DNA of 64,000 bases from a bacterium (GTDB taxonomy: Bacteria > SAR324 > NAC60-12). How positions within the stretch are numbered: the stretch's first letter is position 1; each line of letters begins with the position of its first letter. The position numbers were made by a program, and so were the translations under genes. This document shows, one piece after another, positions 19,501 through 29,157 of this stretch. The stretch covers positions 32,001 through 96,000 of the forward strand of contig CBDBHR010000003.1 of the NCBI GenBank assembly GCA_965205865.1. The letters are read 5' to 3'. The notes below the pieces were generated by a model. The model saw nothing but the letters and a program-made list of their open reading frames with translations, was not told the DNA's origin and did no database searches.

Positions 19501-22098
19501 TTATGAGTTTTTCCAATCTATAACTGGTTTTAATTTTTCTGCGCTTATCGTGGTAGCAGACGTATAAACGACGTGGTACTTGAATTTATCCGGTTGTAAA
19601 TTTTGCAGCCGTTCCACCGCTTTTTGCTTTGCTTCCACCGTTTTATCACCACGCTCGTTCTCGGTCTTGACCTCGACAATGTAAAACTCCCCCGTCTCTT
19701 TCACAAGCACAAAATCGGGAAAGTAGCGATGATAGCGTTTGTCTTGGCCCATATATTCGAAATGAAAGTCGGTTTTCCTGGGATCGGTCAAACCACCGGT
19801 GAACAGAAAGGCTTCCACGTCGTCGGGGTCCGTATTGAGATTCGACAAAATCTGCCGAAAGAAGGAACGCTCCGGCTCGCTGTCGAAGTTGTAAGGCGTG
19901 TAGTGAAAACTCAAATCGTACTTGTCTGAATAGTGCGCACTTTCAGCTAAAAGTCCGTTGTTCTTCATCTGATCATACGTCCTCTTGAGCAAACGCAAAC
20001 GGTGGACGTAAACACCATTCTCGTCCTTTTCAAAAACGTCCTTTCCATTTTCATCCTGAACCCGAATCAGCGCCAGGGCAACGGTGATCTTTTCTTCAAC
20101 GGTCTTGTAGTTCGCCTGCTGCTTTTCGACCTGCTGAAACAGTCCGTATAATTCACTATTTTGTATCTCCCCTTGTGGATACAGACTGTTGAGCCTCTGC
20201 AAAACCGGCATGACCGGAAGATGGTATCTCGAGGCGATTTTCCAGGAGGCGGTATGGCAATCCGTGGTTTCTCTTTCTGCAAATAGTTCCTTAGTGTCAC
20301 CTGTCGGCATCAGTATTTCTCCCGGTCCGCTAAAATCAGGAGTCAGGATGTTACGTAGAATTGCTGGGGTCTTCTGTGGTTCAGGTCGTTCCAGCGTGAT
20401 ATTACCGTCAGGTGTTTCGCTGCGGACAGCCCGCTTGACGGTGCGGGATATTTCCAGTTGCGGCAACTCCGTTTTAACGATTCGCAGGGTTACGCTCTCT
20501 TTGTCCCTTGCTCTGGCGCTGAGCCGGTCCAGATCGGTGCCGAAATTGTCCTGTAATTCTTTATCCAACGTTCTGGCATTTCCGTAGTCCAGAAATATCT
20601 TTGCGGAATGCTTGTTTCCCGGGATCTGGCGCAGGCAACGTGTTGCCGCCTGGAGGACATAGTTGTTGCTGGTTGTTTGCTCTTTGATAAGCGCGCAGGC
20701 AAACAGGCTGGGACAATTCCATCCTTCCACTCCTTTGGCGATCAGCAGAATGACGCGCTTTTGATTACCGGGATTGTTGAGACGCTTGAATTCGTCAACT
20801 TGCGACACGTCCGATTTTTGCGTGTTGACCAAGACCTGAGAGGCGCTTTCTCCAATACCCGCCATGGCCTGCTCGATCAGTAGCCTTGAGTCTTCCAGAT
20901 GTTCCTGCGTCTTGAAATAAAAGGCAATCTTCGCTCTTGCCCCGTTGGGAAGTGTCACGTCCCCATAATTCGTGAAAAATTCTCTGATGATGTCGTGGAA
21001 CACTTCCTGTTCGGGTTGCTCGCCGATGTCGTATTGATGAATCCCGTGAGTGAGGTCCTTCAAGATGTTGTCTTTGATGCCTTCCCCCAGCCCATACCAG
21101 ACGATGACCTCTTTCAGGTGCTGTTTCTTGTAATAAGGCGTTCCGGTCGTGTTGACAACAGCGACTATCGGTGTTTGCTCATGGATGTAGTTGATGGTTT
21201 CCCGCACCCGTTTCAACTTGTCAAAAGTGTTTCCATAGGTGTGATGCGCTTCGTCAGAAAAGACTCCGGGATTGGGCAAACTGGTAATTTTTTGCAGTCT
21301 CAGATTGGCTTGCAGCTCCTCACGCTCGAACGCCCATTCCGTCTGGTTGCTTCTTCTATTGGCACGCAGGCTGATCTTCTCGGTGTTGGTGACAATCAAA
21401 TTGTAACCGCTGCCTCTCTGCGCCTGTATGTCTTTTTCACTGCCGGGATACTCGATCTTCAAATTTGCGGCAAAATCGCGTTGGAGGTCGGGTGGCAGAA
21501 CCTGCTCATAGGGCATGTCGCTGAGTTCCCGCAGGCTTTCGATGATCGTCGTACCGGGTGCAAAGACTAGAGCATTTTTCATAAATTTGCCCTCGGGGTA
21601 ACGGAGAGACATTGCAAACTCGGTGGCGACTATCGTCCCGATCAGCACGGTCTTTCCCGCACCCATGGCCAAGGCGAGGATGTAGCTCGGATAGGGGAGC
21701 ATTGCAGCTTCATGCAAAGCCTGAATTCTTTTTTCAGTTACGAAAGCCGGATCGTCTTTGACTTTCTTGACCACGTCATCTACTTAAGCCCACTCCAAAG
21801 CGTCGCTTGACATCGAAATACCAAGCGAATCAAAAAAGATTTTTTTATCATGCCCGTAGTAGCGCTTATAGAGGTCCAGAATATGAGGGGTTCCCAATTT
21901 CAAGCGGACGTACCAGTAAGTTTCAAGAGCAAGAAACTGGGGTTCACGGAGAAATTTGAAGGTTGGTTCACCTGTTTCTGTTTCAGACTCCATTTGCCAG
22001 GCGAGAATTTCCCCGATGAGTGAGTATTCATCGCAGGCATATCCACCTTTGCGCCATTCAAAGGCGGATTCTTTCAACTGATCGAAGAGGGATGGCAT
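19501..22098 (-). pseudogene. res: Type III-like restriction subunit (SF2 helicase plus PD-(D/E)xK nuclease), split by one in-frame TAA at 21784-21786
   Basis: ORFs 21784-22098 and 19501-21774 share a frame (...GAG TGG GCT TAA GTA GAT GAC GTG...). LAMGAGKT, DEAHH, EGWNCP and YFPDF...IVEVK motifs. Confidence 0.85.
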
Positions 22099-22170
22099 TT
22101 AATAAATTCCGATTTGATGTTATGATTGCTTAAAAAATAATGAACCATTTTCCTCTTCATAGTCCACACC

Positions 22171-23376
22171 TTAAGCTGTATCTTGTTGTAGTTTTTCTAA
22201 TGATGCGATTGCACTGCTTAAATTTGACTGAACATCACACCCATATAGATTTTCGAAACTCAACTGTTTTTGTGTCACCAAGTGTGCCAATCGTTTTTCA
22301 GTAAAAAAATATTCACAATAGGGTAATGCTAAAGCTGCGTGGAAAAAGTCATGGACGTCATGGCCTTGAAATTTATGCCTTTTGTCCCAACGTACGGCGG
22401 CATACAATGCCGAGATAATATGTATTGCCGGCATTGCTTTGCCTACTTTATCTAGTCGGAAGAGATGGTAAATAAGCACCTCCAGTTTGGTTTTAGCTCG
22501 ATGCTCCCTTGCTTCATTCTCCGATATAGTTTTTCCTGTTGTTTTCTGAAACAGATCTTCCATCATGTCAGCCAGAAGATCACGATAACTCATGATATAA
22601 CCGCTAACTTCATCCAGAAACATTTGTTTGGAACTTTGTGCTTCATCTTGATGTTCAATTTTTTCTTTATTAAGCTTATTGGCTATATCAAAATCAGATG
22701 GAGGCTTCAGCCCACCATTTTTCGCCATGACATCAATCATTTGAGACATGGATAGAAACCACAGGTGATCTAAAAATGCTTTCCGGTGGATAATGTTTTC
22801 TTCAGAACTCATAAAACTTAACTCTGGTACTGGAAAAGCATTTGAAGTCACGTGACAAGCAAGCTTAGTCCAAATAAGCTCCTTTGTCTCGTATACTTTG
22901 CCAATTTTGCCTATAATTGAATACAAAATATGTCTAATTTCTGGCTTTACATTTCCTGGGATTAGCCGGTTTTGCAAACTGGAAAGCGTTGAATACAAAA
23001 AGTGTCGAATTTCCAGCTTTACACGCTCATCATAACCCACTGACATTACGCCGTTGGACAACCTATCTATCAGCTCTGCGGTCACTTTCAGAGTTTTAAC
23101 ATCAGTTTGCTTCATAACCTCCATGAAAACATCTTCACTAATTGGGAATATGCAAATTTGATAAGCCGAAAGCTCAAGAGCCAGATTGAGCAATGTATTT
23201 TCTAGTTTATTCTTTTCAGGCTGGAGGTAACCTTCTCGGAGGAGCAACCAAAACTTTGTATCAAGATAGACAATTTTTCTGTCCAAAATTTGCTTTGAAA
23301 GCTCCAAACTTAGCGAATAATAATAGTCCTCAATTGATTGTTCAGACATTGACTTGTTTGTTTTCGGGGTAGTCAT
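22171..23376 (-). CDS. Hypothetical protein with possible PIN-like fold
   Basis: IVYLDTKFW, FPISEDVFMEV and C-terminal DVHDFFHAALALPYCEYFFTE have PIN-like spacing of acidic residues. Confidence 0.5.
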   Translation of the reverse strand: MTTPKTNKSMSEQSIEDYYYSLSLELSKQILDRKIVYLDTKFWLLLREGYLQPEKNKLENTLLNLALELSAYQICIFPISEDVFMEVMKQTDVKTLKVTAELIDRLSNGVMSVGYDERVKLEIRHFLYSTLSSLQNRLIPGNVKPEIRHILYSIIGKIGKVYETKELIWTKLACHVTSNAFPVPELSFMSSEENIIHRKAFLDHLWFLSMSQMIDVMAKNGGLKPPSDFDIANKLNKEKIEHQDEAQSSKQMFLDEVSGYIMSYRDLLADMMEDLFQKTTGKTISENEAREHRAKTKLEVLIYHLFRLDKVGKAMPAIHIISALYAAVRWDKRHKFQGHDVHDFFHAALALPYCEYFFTEKRLAHLVTQKQLSFENLYGCDVQSNLSSAIASLEKLQQDTA

Positions 23377-23522
23377 CCGTGTACTTCGACAGTTTTTTAG
23401 AAAATAGCATATTCGTTATTTTTACCAAACAAAAGTTTCAAAGGTGAATTTCTGTTAGTCGTAAATCGTAGTAATCTTGAATTAACATTTTTTCGACGCT
23501 GAAGCGAGTCAAAAGGAGGCAC

Positions 23523-24072
23523 TAATGTATTGCCTGTTTAATACATTGTAATATTGGTCATTTGGTAGACAGGTTTGAGTTTGTTGATAATTTCTTCGGC
23601 AGTTTTAGTCTGGACATAGGGTTTTGGGTTGCGATTGTGCGCCTCGATGTAACTATGGATGGCTTCGGTCAACTCGAGCACGCTTTTGAAGGCGCCTCGT
23701 CGAATCCGTTCTGCAGTGATCTTGCCAATAAAGCGTTCCACCATGTTCAGCCATGAGGAAGAAATAGGAATGAAATGCTGGTGGAATCGCCGTCGCCACT
23801 TTCCAACGGAATTGCCGCTGTTTCCAAGAGTTTGGGCAATCTCTTGATTCTTAAGGCCATCAGCAGCCAACAGGATGATGCGCGCACGAAGAGTGTCTCG
23901 CATCACTCCAGTTTGACAGCGTGCGGTTTTGCTCAATTCATCCCGTTCTTCCCGGGTCAGTTTAATACTTGGCGCTTTCCTCATGCTGTCTCCTTATATG
24001 CAAAAAAAAGAACAGCTTGTAGTATAGCAAACCAAGGAATTATTTACACATTAATAAAAGGGCGACATATTA
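23523..24072 (-). mobile_element. Internally deleted IS630-family element
   Basis: ORF 23538-23984 joins the N-terminal HTH (LRARIILLAADG...VGKWRRRF) directly to the C-terminus (HFIPISSSWLNMVERF...HNRNPKPY). TA at both ends. Confidence 0.85.
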
Positions 24073-24801
24073 GTGAACCAGGCGTCCGCCATCCACCGGC
24101 AAAACCACCCCTGTTAAAAAATCGCCGTGGAGGAGATAATCCACTGCATTGACAATATCCTTGGTTGAACCTCTCCGTTTGAGAAGGCTTTGCTCGATAG
24201 CCGCCTGTTGATCAATATTACTACCCGGGGGAGATGGAAGCACATTTCCGGGAGCAATCGCATTCACATGAATCTCCGGTGCGAGAGCTTTGGCCAAGCC
24301 TTGGGTCAAAGTGACCAAAGCGGATTTTGTCAGGCAATAGGGTAAAAATTGGGTCCAGGGCCAAAACGCGGCGACATCGGCGATGTTGATTATTTTTCCT
24401 TCTCCAGTCGCCTTCATTTGCTCCCCGATTGTTTGAGACAAAAAAAAGGGCGCTTTCAGATTGAGATCAAAGAATCTGTTCCATTGTGTTTCCGTAACCG
24501 AAAAAAAAGGTGTGGGATAAAATGTCGCCGCATTGTTGATCAGTACCGAAATAGAACCCATGCGCTGCCGGGTCTGCTCCAGCATTTGTTGCAACTCCAC
24601 CAGATTGGCAAGGTCTGCCTGAAAAAGATGATGCCGCAGATGCCCACCCTCCATTTGGGCCAAAGTAGTTTGCGCGCCCTGGAAAGATTGATGATAATGA
24701 ACAGCCACCCGCATTCCCCGGGATGCAAGGTAAATAGCAATTTGTTGCCCCAAACGAATCCCGGCACCCGTCACCAAGGCAGTTTTTCCCGTCAGTTCCA
24801 T
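24070..24801 (-). CDS. Short-chain dehydrogenase, pteridine reductase/FolM-like
   Basis: TGAGIRLG, LINNAATFYPTP, YCLTK, VNAIAPG, VDGGR. Confidence 0.85.
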   Translation of the reverse strand: MELTGKTALVTGAGIRLGQQIAIYLASRGMRVAVHYHQSFQGAQTTLAQMEGGHLRHHLFQADLANLVELQQMLEQTRQRMGSISVLINNAATFYPTPFFSVTETQWNRFFDLNLKAPFFLSQTIGEQMKATGEGKIINIADVAAFWPWTQFLPYCLTKSALVTLTQGLAKALAPEIHVNAIAPGNVLPSPPGSNIDQQAAIEQSLLKRRGSTKDIVNAVDYLLHGDFLTGVVLPVDGGRLVH

Positions 24802-24817
24802 AATTTTTCAATTACTA

Positions 24818-26513
24818 CCTAAATCCTGCAATTAGATGACAATCAAACATGGAAATGGTAATATACTCAAATAGTTAACACAAGAATCAACATTTTAAGA
24901 GATCACCATTTCCATGAAAAACAAAGGTAGCGCAAGATCGGCAAGAACGACAGCAAAAAACATCCATATCAGCCAGGGAGGCAGAGACCTGACCGCGCAA
25001 GCAGGCTTGATTCCGGTTGTCAAATTTTTTCACAAAGAAGGGATTGTTTCAAAGACAGAGCAGACCGTAGATCATCGGCGTGGCGCCACGGGTCTTTATG
25101 ACGCAGTGGACATGGTCATTTTGTCGGTGGTCGGCATTGTTGGCGGCGCCCGTTCGATTCGTTCGATTGTGACAGTTTGGAACGACCGTGTTTTGAGTCG
25201 TGTGGCCGGTTGGCTGAGGATTCCGGATGAAACCACATTCGGCCGGATACTGCGTACTTTCACACAGAAAAACATCAATGAGATGGAGAGCTTGAACCAT
25301 CGGATTCGAGCCGGTATCTGGCGTAAGGCGCTTCGAAGTGGGACAAGCATCGTTGGGGTGTTACACTGTCTTGTGATTGACGTGGACTCCACTGTGAAAA
25401 CGGCCTACGGCAAGCAGCAAGGAGTGTCTGTCGGATATAATCCCCACAAACGCGGTGCAGCTTCGTATCATCCTCTGCTGGCATTTTGCGCAGAGACAAA
25501 GGAGATTCTTCAGGGTTGGCTTCGTGATGGGAGTGCCTATACCAGCAATGGAATCGTTGAATTCATGCGGCAACTTCTTGCTCACCTTCCAAATCGGACT
25601 CGCATTCTGTTTCGTGGAGACAGTGGTTTTTTTGTGGGGGATTTGCTGGATTTCCTCGAAGAACGAGGCCATGGCTATCTGATCAAGGTCAAACTCAAGA
25701 GGCTTGTCTCGTTGTTGGAAACCCAAAAATGGCAAAAAGTGAAGGGGCAGCCCGCTTGGGAAGGGTGTGAGTTTTCCCACCAATGTAAAACTTGGAGGAG
25801 GTCAAGAAAATTCATGGCCGTACGCAGGGAGAAAGAGGAGGAACTCAAAGGGATGGCCACCCTCTTTGAGATGAAGGAGTACGATTATTTTTGTTATGTT
25901 CTCACCGATGCGCTCACTCCCTGGCAGGCTCACAAAGAGTATGGCCAGAGGGCGGTCGCTGAGACATGGATTGAGGAAGCAAAAAATCAAACTGCGCTGG
26001 CTCAGATTAAAACCGACGATTTTTGGGCCAACAGTGCCTTGTTCCAATGCGCGATACTCGCTTACAACACGCTGCGCTGGATGGCCCTTTGTAGTGGTAA
26101 CGCAATACTGCGCCGTTGGGAACCGGCCACCATGCGCACCTATCTTGTCCGAATGGCAGGAAAATGGACGAGTGGCGCTCGTCAACAAAAACTGAGAGTT
26201 CCGGAAAGAACACTTTACAATGCTCAATGGGATGCATGGGTCGCTGTTGGAGAGACCTGGATCCTTTGTTTCACTCCAGTGGAAACGTTTTGCTGAGATG
26301 TCGATCCCCAAATCCAGGGAGAAGTACGTCTTGAATCTTGTGCCCGCGAAAGCGGGTATCAGATCATCACAAAATATGACGATCAAATGGAGGGCGGAAA
26401 AACCTTTATGAGCAAGGACTGATGGAAATTCAACTCTCAAATCCTTTTTTTTAAAAAAACCTCTCAAAGAGTGAAGGGAAACTCAATCAAAATATTCAAT
26501 TGCAGGATTTAGG
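24818..26513 (+). mobile_element. Intact IS1380-family insertion sequence
   Basis: 16-bp IR CCTAAATCCTGCAATT / AATTGCAGGATTTAGG; 5-bp target duplication TACTA on both sides. Confidence 0.93.
24914..26296 (+). CDS. IS1380-family DDE transposase
   Basis: LTAQAGL, IDVDST, GYNPHKRG..SYHPL, FRGDSGF, YGQRAVAETWIEEAK. Confidence 0.92.
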   Translation: MKNKGSARSARTTAKNIHISQGGRDLTAQAGLIPVVKFFHKEGIVSKTEQTVDHRRGATGLYDAVDMVILSVVGIVGGARSIRSIVTVWNDRVLSRVAGWLRIPDETTFGRILRTFTQKNINEMESLNHRIRAGIWRKALRSGTSIVGVLHCLVIDVDSTVKTAYGKQQGVSVGYNPHKRGAASYHPLLAFCAETKEILQGWLRDGSAYTSNGIVEFMRQLLAHLPNRTRILFRGDSGFFVGDLLDFLEERGHGYLIKVKLKRLVSLLETQKWQKVKGQPAWEGCEFSHQCKTWRRSRKFMAVRREKEEELKGMATLFEMKEYDYFCYVLTDALTPWQAHKEYGQRAVAETWIEEAKNQTALAQIKTDDFWANSALFQCAILAYNTLRWMALCSGNAILRRWEPATMRTYLVRMAGKWTSGARQQKLRVPERTLYNAQWDAWVAVGETWILCFTPVETFC

Positions 26514-26520
26514 TACTATG

Positions 26521-28297
26521 CTATTCTGGAAGATCACTACTGAATCCTTTGCCGAAATAAATCAGAGAACGCTCGGCAATCTCTCGAAATATGGGAGCCG
26601 CTACTACTCCACCCAGGCTTGAGGTTTTCGGCGATTCAATCACTACCAATATCGTAAGCAAAGGATTTTCGGTCGGCAGGGACGATTCCGATAAAAGAGG
26701 CTATATTGTCTTTTTTAGAATAACTCTGAATGGTGTGGTCAAACACTTCGCTTGTTCCGGTTTTACCTGCAACAACAATTCCGGGAATCACCGATTGGTT
26801 TCCGGACCCGCCCACCTGGGTCACTGCAATCATGAATTCTTTGATCCGATCTGCTGTTTTGGCAGTGAGTATTCTCTTTTTTTGGCGTGGACCGAAATGC
26901 TTGTCCACTTTCCCATCGGCATTCCTCAGTTCCCGGACCACCTCTCCCTGTTCGTTTTCAAGATGGTGGACTATGTAGGGACTGACAAGCATCCCCCCGG
27001 TACCCATCACATTGATCGCTATCAGGAGTTGCATAGGAGAAACCAGGATACCGTATCCAAATGAAATAGACGCGTGGTCGGGAGCGGTCCAGCTTTCCGG
27101 AGGAGAAACTCTGCCAACAGCTTCTGCCGATAATCCAATATCGATTTTTCTGCCAAATCCAAATTGACGTAGATAGTCGAAAAACGTTTCTTTGCTGATC
27201 AACAGTCCGATTTTACTCGAACAAATATTGGACGATTTTTGAATGATTTGCTGGATAGTGAGCCAACTGAAAGGCTGGATATCGTGGATGACTTGATCGG
27301 CAACCTGGAAGGAACCGTTTTCGCAGAAAAATGCCTGTTCAGATTGGATGATGTTTTCTTCCATCGCCGTTGCAATGGTGATCAATTTTAAAATCGACCC
27401 GGGTTCATAGCCGCTGCTGATTGCATAATTCAGGTAATGCGAACGTGGAAATTGTCGAAAATGGTTGGGATCGAATCCAGGGACATGCGCCAAGGCCAGC
27501 ACTGCTCCGCTCTGAGATTCCATCACAATGGCAATCCCTCGTTGAGCTTGCGTCTTCGCAATTCCTGTTTTGAGGGCTTTTTCCGCAAAGTATTGAATGG
27601 AGCTCTCCAAGGTGAGGTGAAGGGCAAATTGTTGCGTCTCGTATAAATGCTGATGTTGGGTGTAAGGAATAATGCGGCGTGTGCCATCCTGCTCGATAAT
27701 GTATTTGTTCTTTTCCCCTTGTAGTTCCTCATGATATTCATGTTCCAAGCCTTCCAACCCTTGGGAATCGATCCCTGTGAATCCCAACAACGGACCTGCA
27801 AAATTGCCGAGGGGGTAATAGCGTTTGTATTCTTCAATGAAATCGATTCCTGGTATTCGCAACTGTCGAATCCTTTGGGAAACCTCTGGGCTCAGTAGAC
27901 GCTTGAGCCAAACAAATGAACGAGGGGATTGCAGTTTCTCCAGAATTTCCTTTTCGGACATGTCAAGTAGAGGAGACAATTGTTGCGCCACTTTTTCAGG
28001 ACCAATCACTTTTGCAGGTAACACGTGAGCGGAGTCGACTTTGATGGATGTCGCCAATAACCGACCCCGTCGATCATATATCGCATTGCGCCGACTTTCC
28101 AACAGGATTGTGCGCTGTTGTTGTCTGGCCGCTAGTTCTTCATAATTCTTGGCGTCCCAAACCTGCAAGTAAAATACCCTTCCCAACACCAACAGTAAGC
28201 TTAAACCGATAAATCCGACGACCGAAAAAAGTCGTGTTTGAAAATTATAAACATTGAATCGGGCGGACAGGGAACCACTTGGTTTAATCAGACGCAT
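26521..28297 (-). pseudogene. ftsI: Class B PBP (FtsI/PBP3-like), frameshifted near the C-terminus by a 4-bp duplication
   Basis: RNAIYDRRG, RYYP, EPGSILK, SSN, KTGT. After GCCGACCGAAAAT the conserved tail NPLLTILVVIESPK...GGVVAAPIFREIAE continues in another frame to TAG at 26521. Confidence 0.85.
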
Positions 28298-28652
28298 CGC
28301 TGCCCGTGGAATCTAAAATCAAACGTTGGGAGGGGGAAGGTAGCTGCATATCCAACTGAGTGGTGGCAATGTGGTCCAACCGCTCGGGTCGCGTCAAGTA
28401 GTTCACTTCGATCTCCAAAAGGGAAATGCGTTGCTCCAAGGTGGCTTTCTCTTCTTGCAGGGCTTGGATTTGATATCCGAGCTGGAGGTAATTGGTCCAC
28501 TGCCGGATATAAAACAAACTGCCGATGGCAATCAATAACACTGCGAATAATGCAGTGCGTAAAGCATATTGTGGAGAAAATAAAATTTTGAGTTCATGCC
28601 ACCATTTGTGCTGGCGCCGGACTAAACGGGAATGGTAGGGGAAAATGTTCAT
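28284..28652 (-). CDS. ftsL: Cell division protein FtsL-like
   Basis: One TM helix, then LGYQIQALQEE...LEIEVNYLTRPERLDHIA leucine zipper; overlaps ftsI. Confidence 0.8.
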   Translation of the reverse strand: MNIFPYHSRLVRRQHKWWHELKILFSPQYALRTALFAVLLIAIGSLFYIRQWTNYLQLGYQIQALQEEKATLEQRISLLEIEVNYLTRPERLDHIATTQLDMQLPSPSQRLILDSTGSDASD

Positions 28653-29157
28653 GTTGCTGTTTCATGTTTCATGGAAATCACATGGGTTCGTGATCCTCGT
28701 GAATCAGAAACCAGGGCTATCGAAGAGGTCGGCCGACCAAACCATGCATGAAATACCGGATATCCTGAGCCATTGTCGCACAATCCATACATAAGTCTTT
28801 ATTTAAACTAGGTCAATAAGAAAATTGAGTGATTCACTCAGGGATTCGAATTAATTCCGGAAACAGAGATGCAACTTTGCGGATCATGATCAGAACAATC
28901 CCCTCCCGGGGGTGGCGTGCGTAAAACAGACGGAGCGCGTAGCGTCTTCACAACGTGATCCAAACATGGGCTTGAATCTTGGTACTTTCTTTGGTACCAA
29001 AATGATAGTTTACAGGTCTGTCCAAAACCAGATACGGTGAAGTTGAAGATAGGTGACTTTACCCCATCAGGTTCATGCAGGCAATGAACAGTGATCGCTC
29101 ATGAATTAAACATCCGTACTCGACCGACTCTTTTCAAACTCGAACAAGGGATCCTGA

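Noticed and set aside
21784-21786. Stop-codon recoding of TAA in res
   Set aside because: TAA ends many intact genes here (aroC, secD, serS), so a point mutation or error is simpler.
28660-29100. rsmH/mraZ remnant or structured RNA upstream of ftsL
   Set aside because: No recognisable protein motif or RNA family by eye.
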